Shown piece by piece: positions 50,837 through 60,995 of a DNA stretch of 64,000 nt. How positions within the stretch are numbered: position 1 is the stretch's first letter; each line of letters begins with the position of its first letter. Source of the stretch: Heteronotia binoei (Eukaryota); contig NC_083233.1 in the NCBI RefSeq assembly GCF_032191835.1, forward strand, positions 34,968,001 to 35,032,000, given 5' to 3'. The notes under the pieces were generated by a model, which did no database searches, was not told the origin of the DNA, and saw nothing but the letters and a program-made list of their open reading frames with translations. Both the position numbers and the translations under genes were made by a program.

Positions 50837-52307
50837 TTATAATTTTTTGAGCCTGAGCATACAAGTCTGTGCAAATGCCATTAATTAAGCAGATATTCTA
50901 CCAGTCTCCTGATGATACATTTATACTTACTCTCCTCACCCATTTTTTTTTTAATTACCATGGGTTGGATTCTAGGACTCCTTTCTGATAAAACAGATCC
51001 CTTCAACTCCCTTCTATCAATAGTTCCGATTGCAGCCGACTTTCAACATCCCACAGTCCAGGAAGGATTTATTAACCCTTCTCCTACTAGCTGGTAAAAT
51101 AATATTGGCACAATAATGTAATACTAAGAATATACCAACTTTGGCACAGTGGTATGATAAAAGTCTGGGACTTGATGGTTCAGAATAAGATAGTTTCCCA
51201 GTTTATACAAGTTGAGAATCCTAATAGAAATGAACATTTTAAACAAAAAACAAACAAAAAAAGTTCCTCCAACAGAGAAATTTTTCTGCTGCTGGAAGAA
51301 AACTAATTCCACCAGAAAAAGCCATTCTCCATTGGAGGAAGACTTTACAGAAGGGAGATGTAAAATCCATCACAATTTTAGTGCCTTCTCTAATATGCAC
51401 ATGTGGAAGAACACGCTGCCAATGATATACAACAGGAGCCATTTATGCAGGGATACTCAACTAAAAAAACCCCACACATTTGTGATAATAAGTAAGATTG
51501 CCATCTGAAGAAAGGACCAAAGTTCTGTGCCTTTAAAAGTATACAAAGACAGACCTTCACAAATGTACTGCTTCCCATAATTGTCTCACAGCAAGGGGAA
51601 AAACTGAACATATTGAAATTCTAGCACCCATGCAACTCTTAAAGCCACAGAAGAGTGATTTCTTATTGCAATACTAAAGCATCATGTGAAATAAAAAAAT
51701 ACTTGTAATAAAATGGAAAAGCTTAGTTGGTAGATTTTGCAGATTTAAAAGATTGCTTGATCAATCAGTGTAGGTGTGATTTGACACATTCCTGGATGCA
51801 ATTCTGCTAAAGGAACCACCAAATGCTTGTTTTTGGATCAGTTTGCTTGTGTTTGTGTTGGGTGGGTGGGTGTGTGATGGGTCACAAGCTGCCTACAACT
51901 TATGGCAACCCAATGAATGAATGACCTCCAAAAAAACCCTGCCATTAACCGCCTTGGTCAGGTATTGCAAACCAAAGACTCTGGTTTTCTTTACTGAGTT
52001 AGGTATGGACTTACTTTTCAGGCAAAAAAGGAGGGGACTCTAGCTAGGTATGGCCTGAGTAAAAGAGGGAAAAGGAGAGAGATTATGAAGTCTCAAAGGA
52101 AAATGTACAGATTTCTTTGCAAAATTTCTCATTCTCATCTATCTTCATTTAGATTGGCATCCTTTGCTAGAAATCAGAGCAGGCTACAGAAGGTCAGGTA
52201 ACAGAAAGTCTTAAAAGATTAAAAAAGAGAAGGTCTCAGTGGATTCCCTTTTCCAGAGTCGTTTTTAAGGAAAATACAACGTATGCAAAAGTTGTGCAGT
52301 GCATTTT

Positions 52308-52460
52308 ATATATATATGTGTGTGTGTGTGTGTATGTATATGTGTGTGTGTGTATATATATATATACACACACACACACACATATTGGCCACTGTCAGAG
52401 TGTTGGACTGGATGGGCCATTGGCCTGATCCAACATGACTTCTCTTATGTTATGTTCTTA
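52308..52460 (+). repeat. Compound (TA)/(TG)/(CA) microsatellite joined to a CR1 3' end
   Basis: 52384-52460 is closely similar to 3964-4043 (gccactgt...cagagtgttggact.gatgggcc.ttggcctgatccaacatg.cttctcttatgtt). Confidence 0.9.
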
Positions 52461-54036
52461 TTTTAGTTGGACGAAACTGTCAAAAAGCTTTTACAGCCTT
52501 TTCAGTTATCTTCTTAATCATGTAGAATTTTTTAAAGTCTGAGAGAAAGAGAGAATAACTTTCAGCTATGATGTTAAAGCCTCTCATCTTCAACTTGTGC
52601 AGGATACCTTACAGTCTTTATTAGATCAGACCTTGCAGAGTAGAGCTGGTTTCAAGTTGAACCTTGGTATTTTAGGCCAAAGAAATAAAAACTGTAGTTT
52701 TATACTTTTTTCAAAAGAACATGGAGAAGCATGAGAAGCGGGTTGCTTTTTTATCCCACTCCAGTACCTTTAACAGCAGTCTGATTTACAAAAAATTAGG
52801 AAAATAAGTTTTTACCACTTATCAGGAAAAAAAACTTTACCTGCTGAATTTCTGTAAAACAGACTGCTGTTAAAGGCAGCTGAGCTAGAGAACAAGTTGG
52901 CTGGCAATCCTAGAAATTAAGCACAGAGAACTGCCATGCAAGGTAATTTCTTTCTCTGACTGGAACAACAGGTTTTGCACGAAAAGAGAACAGAAAAGCA
53001 GAAAACTGTGGGAAACGTTATGATTCCTTTGACAAGTACCACTATAGTACTGACTTTACAGACTACCTTCCTCCCACTATGTCCAGAAGAGGCACAGATA
53101 GAGATTCAATTCTGCATCTGATTTTGTTTCTTAAACACATAAAAAGTGAAAGGAACTGTCACAAGGAACAATAAACAAAACTTTTAATTCAGAAAGCATT
53201 GTAAGTAGATGTTGGTGACATGGGTCAGGAACTGCAAGAAAATCGCTTTAAACTGTACAAGTGCATATACAAAATGAGAAGTGTGGGAAATGAGATTTCC
53301 ACAAATGAATGAATATTACTATGAGATAGATAACCTTACAGCTCGGGAAATGTCACTTTATTTTAAAAACAGACATTTACAAGAACAGTACTGCCGTTAC
53401 CACTATGGACCCTGCTTTTCTGTCATTAACAAACAGGTGGACTTGCACAAAGTGGATCAGACAACTGCTTCATCTAGGCCAACACCCTGTTTCCAACAGC
53501 AGTGAGATGCCTCCATGAAGCAGGACTTAAGCTGGTGGAATCTTTGTTGTCCCTAGGAGGCACTCCATAACCCTCAAGCCCAGCTCTACCCACCAGCCGT
53601 ATCCTACAACCTACCATGTGTGTGCTTGACAACCCCCTACCTTACTGTTTTGTGCAGTCCCACACAGGCAACAAAGGAGAGGTTGGTCCAGCCCTTGACT
53701 GACCACTACTGCATGCCTTTTTAGGGCAGACTGTGCTTCAGTTTCATCATTCAGAAGCAGTGCTGCCTACTCAAGTGAAAGAACAGAAGAAGGGTCATGA
53801 CAAGAAAGCACTTAAAACAGAGAAAAGTAATAGACCACAGTAGAATGGGTTTGGTGGTGGGGGGAAGCAATACGTATGGATCTTCAATGAGAGAGAAGCA
53901 ATGTATTTATGTACTTCACTTATACCCTGCCTCTCTCCCCAATGGGACTAACAATGTTCTCAATTTCTATCCTCACAACAACTCCGTGAAGTAAGTTAGG
54001 CCAAGAGTGTGGGACTGGTTCAAGGTCATCCAGCAA

Positions 54037-54328
54037 AGTTTGGTGTAGTGATTACGTGTGCAGACTCTTACCTGGAAGAACTGGGTTTGAGTCCCCACTC
54101 CTCCACTTGCAGCTGCTGGAATGGCTATTGCAGGAGTTGGAACGCAGCTGCTGGAATGGCTATCGCAGGAGTTGTCCATGAAAGGGCAGCTGCTGTGAGA
54201 GCCCTCTCAGACCCACCCACCTCACAGGGTGTCTGTTGTGGGGGGAGAAGATATAGGAGGTTGTAAGCAGCTCTGAGTCTCTGATTCAGAGAGAAGGGCG
54301 GGGTATAAATCTGCAGTCTTCTTCTTCT
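54037..54328 (+). mobile_element. Squam3-like SINE inserted in an older minus-strand SINE remnant
   Basis: A/B-box head, internal ~30-bp tandem duplication, (TTC)n tail. Confidence 0.85.
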
Positions 54329-54399
54329 AAGTCTTCCATGACAGCATAGCGATCCCAGCCTGGGTCTCCCAGACCCACACTGGCAATGATGGGGGGGGG

Positions 54400-54757
54400 G
54401 GGAGAGGAGGAGGAGGAGAAGAAGGAGGAGGAGGAGGAGAAGATGATGATGATGATATTGGATTTATATCCCGCCCTCCACTCCGAAGAGTCTCAGAGCG
54501 GCTCACAATCTCCTTTACCTTCCTCCCCCACAACAGACACCCTGTGAGGTGGGTGGGGCTGGAGAGGGCTCTCACAGCAGCTGCCCTTTCAAGGACAACT
54601 TCTGCCAGAGCTATGGCTGACCCAAGGCCATTCCAGCAGGTGCAAGTGGAGGAGTGGGGAATCAAACCCGGTTCTCCCAGATAAGAGTCTGCGCACTTAA
54701 CCACTACACCAAACTGGCTCTACACCAGTATTGGCTTAACCACTACACCAAACTGGG
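54400..54757 (-). mobile_element. Squam3-like SINE with expanded (TCA)/(TCC) tail and duplicated 5' end
   Basis: Close to the family consensus. ttaaccactacaccaaactgg occurs twice (54698-54718, 54737-54757). Confidence 0.88.
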
Positions 54758-54779
54758 GAAGCAAAGCAGTGACAGCCAC

Positions 54780-55650
54780 ATGGGAAGGGACTTGAGAGAA
54801 AAGCGTAGCGCCACGAAAACGTGGGGCTGGAAGCAGTGACAAGTGCGTGGGATGGCCCGGCGGCGGGGGTGGGTGTCAGGAGAGCTGGAAGGTGGCAACC
54901 TGCGCGTAGGGACAAGCCCCGTCTGCCTGCAGCAAGTGGCTGGGCCGGGCCAGGAAGGAGAAGGGGGAGCATCTTTCCGGAGCGGGGGGGGGGGGGGGAG
55001 GAGAACGGGCAAAGAGCGCCGCTCCCTTCCCCCGCCTCCCCCGAGAGCCGCTGACGGCGGGGAGGTGGGTGGGGCGGACTCCGCGACGCCCGCCGAGCCC
55101 CCCTCTGAAGAAGGCGCGGGGGGGGGGGGATAGGCACCGGCCGCACAAAGGAGGCGGGCTCCTAGCGCCGACGCTTCCTGCCGGCGAGATGAGCCATGCC
55201 GTCCCGCGGCCCCGCGTGGAATGACACCGGGAAGACAAAACGGGCCTGTTACCTCCAGCTGCCAGCCACGCTCCTTCCGCCGCGCAACGAGGCCGGCCGC
55301 TCACCTCCTCGCTCTCGCCGAACGCCCCCCTCGCCCGCCGGCCGACCCACCCGCCGCCAGAGAGCGCTGTTGACGGATGCCGCCGCGCTCGGCAGCAGTG
55401 ACTCAGGCGGCGCTCGGCTCTCTTCGGAATCGCTCGGCGGGAAGGTAAGAAGACGCCGCTGCTCGGCGCTTTCCGAGAACGAACCCGAGCGCACGAAGAG
55501 CGCTTCGGAAACTTCCGCCATGCTAGAACGCCAGACGCCGGGAGAGCCGGAGATGCGCGGAAATATCCGAGCGAGCGGGGCTTCCGGTGAGCCTCCCGCC
55601 TGGGAAAGCAAGGCAAGCCCTTGCGCCATGTGTGTCCACGGCTCACGTCT
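54780..55650 (-). promoter_or_regulatory. CpG island / promoter and first exon of ZBTB33
   Basis: CpG-rich. Minus-strand donor GAG|gtgagc at 55305/55304. ETS cores (acttccg 55511, gcttccgg ~55580). TSS not determinable. Confidence 0.8.
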
Positions 55651-58600
55651 AGTGCTGCTTTATTTTAGTTTTTCTCTTCCCCCCCCCCCCCCCCAAAAAA
55701 ATAAAGTAATACGGCCGTGCTTATATACGCTTTCTTGACAAGAAGCATGCATTTGCCTTTATTGCATCTGTAACGACCGCCAAAGGATTGCGTGACAACA
55801 ATTTTAAATCACTGCTCGTTTCAAGAAGTATAGGAAGGCGGGATATAGATTTCCCAAAATACATTTTAAAATCTTCCATTTTATTTGCTATATAAATCGA
55901 CGTTCCGCACTTTCTAAATAAGGGTTGCCTCCCCAAATCTAAGCAAGTCCTATTTTATTCTGAGGGGCTTATTCTCAGGAAAGGGTCCTTCGACTTGTAA
56001 ATACAAACAATCGCTTTACCTCTTTGCAAATTTATGCTGGCAACATACACCAGAGTAAAAATGCTATAATAGCCTTTAAGAGGACTACTCTGAAGTAGGT
56101 GGGATGTGAAGCAACTTGCTCAAATATGCTTGTCCCAGAAAGCCACTAAAAGAAATTTCCGTGCAGCAGACTAGATTTAAATAGGCCAGTTTAGACAAAA
56201 GACCTGGCCTCCTCTTTACTGATCTTAGGAGGCAGGCTGTTGTTTTTTATGGCATTTTACTGATTTACTTTTTACTCCTAATTGGAGTTTTTAGAATTGT
56301 TTACTTTTTATGGGTTCTTATAATAATTATTTTTGTTGTATGTTCTTTAGTAATGTTTTATTTATATTGTAAACTGCCTTGTGTTCCACAAGGGATAAAG
56401 GTGCCTAATTAAAGCTTTAAATAAACAAAATTAGGGTCTTACAATCAACACATCCTTAGCACATCAAAAAGATGTTGATTGACTGAAAACACATCTCTAT
56501 AATGACTCAGGAAGCAGAAGTCTCTATTCAGCTTAATCTCCTATTGACATTTAGGCTTTAGCAGCTTGATAACACCTATTCAGAAGACCTGTTCATCTGA
56601 AATGACTCACTGCTTGGCTTGCAAATGTAGCTTTTCTGCTAGCAGCCCTGGAGAATTCATAGTCGTTGAGTTCTTTACTGAATTCTGAAAGTGCTTTGTG
56701 CTGTTCTCTGGAGAAATGGAATCAAAGACCAATCACTGAAATGCTGGCATAGCAAGTATGGGCTTTCAAGCAACTGACCAGTTAACCAAAAAAATTGAAT
56801 TGCCAAGCCCACTTACTCAGAAACCAAGGTTAATGGGACTCACTCTCTAGCGTGTTCAGGTTTGGGAACACAAGAAGAAGAACCAGATGCCACCAAGAAA
56901 TGCGTAATGGAGAAGGAAGCAAAAGCCTCTTGCTTTTTCCTTTCATTAGTTGAGCTGGTGTTCAGACGCATTGCTTCTGAACATAAGGGATTCATCATTG
57001 ATCTATTCATGTACCTAATAATTTAAATGCTGCTTGAACAGAATTTTATTATTGAATGTATTTTTATCTGATTCTTGTTCCCAAGAGCTTTTGCATACTT
57101 TGGTAAGGTAACCTGCCTATTTTGTTTTCACAACAGCCCTGTAAGGTGGGTTATGCTGACAATGAATAGCCCAAGATCACTCCGTAAGTTATGGCAAGCA
57201 GGGGTCTCCCCAGTCCAGCGTTCCAGTCTGTATAGCACACTGGTTCAAGTCTCCAAAGCAGCTCATGAGAAAAATTGTCACAAAGATCACACATCTTAAA
57301 TTCAAACACCTAATAACTATTGTTTACAGATCCCAAAATATGTCTAATCTCCAAATGCCACCTGAGGTAATGACCCTTTATTACATCTAATACAACCTAA
57401 ACCCATTTTGTGCCACTCACTTGATGTCTCTACTGTCCCTTGTTTTGCTATAATTAGAACCAATGCAGCGGAACTCATCTCAAGGACTACTACTGAAGTT
57501 TGTGGATCCATTCCTAAGCAAACAATACAAGAATTCTGAGCATGTAGGTGCAATGTACCATGTCTTCTTGCTATGTAAGGAAAAATTCCATTATTTATGG
57601 AAGCTGTGTTGTCATCCTTTCACTTTATTACTCTTTGTCAAAAAATTCTTGTCTCCAAGCACAAGTCTCTTTCATATTACCATCCAGGTACTCCAAGGTG
57701 TTTTTCATTCTTGGCTCTACACCCTTAGAGACCTTGAGGTTAAGGCTGCTTATGTAAACTATTGCAAAGGTAGTAACAGACAAGAACTGCCAGTTTTAGG
57801 ATGGAGAGGGAGCAAGGGCTTGCCTGATCTCTTCCTTAGTCTGGACAAGCATTTCCAATATTCCTCTCTATCCGTAACCCTTTCCACTGGTGCTTTGAAG
57901 GGAGAAAAAGTAGTGGTACAGCTTGTTAGACTGTTTCACAATCTACTGACTCCACAACAAGTAGCTCTACTAGTTGTTCCGAAAACAGGGCAGTACTTAC
58001 ATCATGCCTAATACTAGCCCTGCAAAACTGGTTTCAAATGAAGTAGTGCTCAGTTCCCTTGTGTGATGATTCTTCATCTCGTGCAAAACTGAGGACAGAG
58101 CAATTAACACTTGCCAAAATGTCTCACATGGTCATTCTTTATATAGAAATGAAGGGTTTCCAATGTAAAATACTTCTTAAAAATTGCTTACAACTTAGGT
58201 ATAAAATCAACTGAGTTCAAGCAACCTGGTAGCTAAGAGGTCCCGGTTCAAATCTTATCTTGGTCGTGATTTAATAGGTGGCCATAGCCAAGCTTCTCTC
58301 TCTCACTTTCAGCCTAAAACTCTCATCTTCATTGTGCCACTAATAACACTAGTCTCCCTTTACAAGCCTGCTGCAAAGATTACAAAAAGCAAATGTACTT
58401 CTGAACCACTCAGAACTGTGTAACACACTATATAAATGCTGAGCAATTACAGCGCAAGTAATCAAGCACCACATCTCCATACGGTTACAAAACAGCGCAG
58501 GTACCTTTAAGCTCAACTCTCCAAAGATCACGAACTGTCACTTGAAGTGTTTGTGTGGCTCAGACACACCAAAAAAATTAAGCTTTCAGCTCTGAAATGA

Positions 58601-59572
58601 TGCAATTTTGTTTGTAATTTAGTGAGAAAACTTCCTTTGTAAACGCGTGATGCATTTTCGGCTATTTGCTGTACGCGTTAAAACATTAGCAGAGATGCTC
58701 CTTGCACTGAAAGAACTGTTTTTATTCCAAAATATCTCACTCACAACATCCGAGGAAGCCCTGCAGAGAGAACGTTCCAAGCGCTACAGAAGATAACAGG
58801 AGTCACAGGAGCCTTGCTCTATAAAAGAGACAAGGGCAAGTAGCTCGTGCCAAGGCCCTTCCGACTTTCCCATTGATCCAAAGGTACCGAATCAAAGAAG
58901 CCGCGAGAAAAAACCTCTTCCCTCCTTTCCGCTTTCAGCAACTGGTGGGGCTCCTTAGTTACATACATCTCCTTGCAACGGTGCCAGTTGAGTGGGCGGA
59001 AGGGTGGGATGCCCTTACCTGGAGTCTTGCCTCCCGCCTCGGTCATGGCGCCAGGCTCCATCGTCTCCAGGGGCTGCAGCTCATCCAAGCACAAAGGAAC
59101 CGCATCTAGGTCCCCATTCAGAGTAGCTTTGTTGCAACACGAGCAGTATAACGTGATACACCCGAGTGCAGAAACGGACTAAAGGGGAACTCAATGATAT
59201 AACCGAGCATCCATACGGCCGGAAGAATTTGGGAAGAAGACAGGAAGTGAGAGAGCGGGAAAAGAATTCCTATACACGTTCCTTTGCGTTTCCATTCCGT
59301 GCAGAACCGTCAGATAGTCGACGTAGCCATAGGAGCAATTCCTGATTTAATTTGCTGGGCAAAGATGAGGACAGTGCACACATGGAGGGCGCCATAGATA
59401 ATAGGGCTTTTCCCTAGTCCGTTTTCATAGAACAATAAAAAAAAACTTATCTCTAAATCTCATTTAAGCAACGTTCCAATGCGAACCGCTCTAACCCGTC
59501 CCTCTGTCACTAAGGCAACAGAGTGGGTTTTTTTAAAGAGGCGGGAGTGGAGCTGTGATAACGGAGTATATA

Positions 59573-59632
59573 CCGGAAGTGACGTAAGCCCCAAGAACAT
59601 ACGGTGTTATGATTCTGTACGTATCCGGAAGT
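59573..59632 (+). promoter_or_regulatory. NKAP core promoter: overlapping ETS-CRE motif plus a second ETS site
   Basis: CCGGAAGTGACGT at 59573-59585 and CCGGAAGT at 59625-59632, ~70-125 bp upstream of the ATG, in a CpG-rich block. Confidence 0.75.
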
Positions 59633-59698
59633 AACTGTGGCCTAGTTGGTTGTAGCGCGTCTGACGACTTCCAAGAGCGGGAGGAGGATTGCCGAACG

Positions 59699-59940
59699 AT
59701 GGCTCCGGTGTCGCGTTCGAGGAGCCCAGCGGCGTCTCCGTCCTCTCGGCGGGGGCGCGCTGCTGCCTCTGTCAGCCCTTCCCCTCCGAGGTCTAGTCGG
59801 AGCAGCAGGAGGTCCCGCTCGAGGTCTCGGTCCCGCGAGCGCAACGGCTTCAGGCAGCGTCTTGGTCCTCCGCACCACTTTAGCCACCGACACGGTCCGG
59901 AGCATTATGGCAAGGAGCAGGAGGAATCGCTGCGACAGAG
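59699..59940 (+). CDS. NKAP: NKAP coding exon 1 (RS-rich)
   Basis: MAPVSRSRSP...RSRSRSRSRERNG...EESLRQ matches recalled NKAP N-terminus (MAPVSGSRSP...EESLRQKR). Ends at AG|gcgagt (GC donor). Confidence 0.9.
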
Positions 59941-60308
59941 GCGAGTTGAGAAGTCCCGTTTTCCCGATGCTCCCAGGGACAGGTTGTTCTGGGGGGCGGG
60001 GAGGTCAAGCCTAGAAAGAGGGAAGGGTCAGAGGTCAAGATTCAAACTAACAGTTCAAAAATAATGTGACAAAGTTAAGAGTCCAATAGCACGTTTAAGA
60101 CCAACAGAGTTTTATTCAGGATGTGAGTTTTTGTGTGCATGCACAGTTTGTCAAACAGGATGAAAATCAAAAGTTGAAAAATAAGTTACATACATTAACA
60201 AGTATATTGCATGTAAACAGACAATTTTCAAACAAAAATTCACTATGATTAGGGTTTGTAGAAACTTTTGGGCTCAAGTGCCGTGTTCTACTGGAGAAAG
60301 TTTTCCTT

Positions 60309-60349
60309 CCAGACGTTTCGTTCTCAGCTGCCGAGAACATCCTCAGTGG
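60309..60349 (-). ncRNA. Minimal type I hammerhead ribozyme motif
   Basis: CCA-CUGAGGA-U-GUUCUC-ggcagcu-GAGAAC-GAAA-CGUC-UGG: catalytic core, 6-bp stem II, palindromic ACGU stem III, GUC cleavage triplet, 3-bp stem I. Activity untested. Confidence 0.65.
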
Positions 60350-60400
60350 CATTGCAGCCGGAGCAGGCGCTCTGACCTTCTTGCTGCTCCGGCTGTAACG

Positions 60401-60441
60401 CCACTGAGGATGTTCTCCGCAGCTGAGAACGAAACATCTGG
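60401..60441 (+). ncRNA. Minimal type I hammerhead ribozyme motif, variant copy
   Basis: CCA-CUGAGGA-U-GUUCUC-cgcagcu-GAGAAC-GAAA-CAUC-UGG. A G>A change at the CpG breaks the ACGU palindrome but leaves an AUC triplet. Confidence 0.5.
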
Positions 60442-60801
60442 AAGGAAAACTTTCTCCAGTAGAACACGGCACTTGAGCCCAAAAGATTCTACAAACCCTA
60501 ATGATGTTACCAGCCATGAAAACCTGAAATCTTTGAAAAATTCACTATACTTATTACTCCAAACAAATATTTTAGTTTCTAGAATACACAGCATGTAAAG
60601 AAGGATCCAGTGTTGCTGGACTGTGAGCCCTAAATAAATTAAGTCCTAAAATATTCTGTTTCAGAGCTATTAGGCACTGAAAAGATCCATTGCTTAAAGG
60701 CCTGCCTCCCACTTTTATTCTATCCCTTCAGTGGGCTCTGTATGTGCATGTCATACACCCCAAATCCTGGCAACAACTTTGTGAAGCGGGTTGGTGTTGA
60801 C

Positions 60802-60995
60802 CAATGTTCCCTCTAAGCTGCAGAGTCTTGTGAGCAAAAATTCTACTTTGTGAGCTACTGGCATTGAAGTTGTGAACTACTGCATAAATTAGTGTGCTCT
60901 GGAGTCATTCTTCCTGAGCTAAAACAAAAATGTGTGAGCTGGAGGCTTAAAATATGTGAGCTAGCTCATGCTAATTCAGCTTAGAGGGAACACTA
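60802..60995. mobile_element. hAT MITE (194 bp)
   Basis: TIRs caatgttccctctaagctg...cagcttagagggaacacta. Perfect TSD GTGTTGAC (60794-60801 / 60996-61003). Confidence 0.92.

Larger units (their letters stand above)
60247..60535. mobile_element. Penelope-like palindromic insertion with two hammerhead cores
   Basis: 13-bp TSD AAAAATTCACTAT (60234-60246 / 60536-60548). Arms 60248-60366 and 60384-60502 differ at 5 of 119 positions. Confidence 0.85.

Noticed and set aside
54980-55130. Poly-G runs as G-quadruplex regulators
   Set aside because: Common in CpG islands, and homopolymer lengths are error-prone. No specific evidence.
54736-55738. ORFs of 126-256 aa on both strands
   Set aside because: CpG-island and poly-G artefacts with no recognisable domain. 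Only the frame that splices into Kaiso is kept, as a hypothesis.
57463-58011. 182-aa plus-strand ORF
   Set aside because: No recognisable motif or splice context. One ORF of this length is plausible by chance in 64 kb over six frames, or as the shadow of minus-strand segments.
58900-58910. CCGCGAGA as a Kaiso autoregulatory site
   Set aside because: Only a partial match to TCTCGCGAGA, which is expected by chance.
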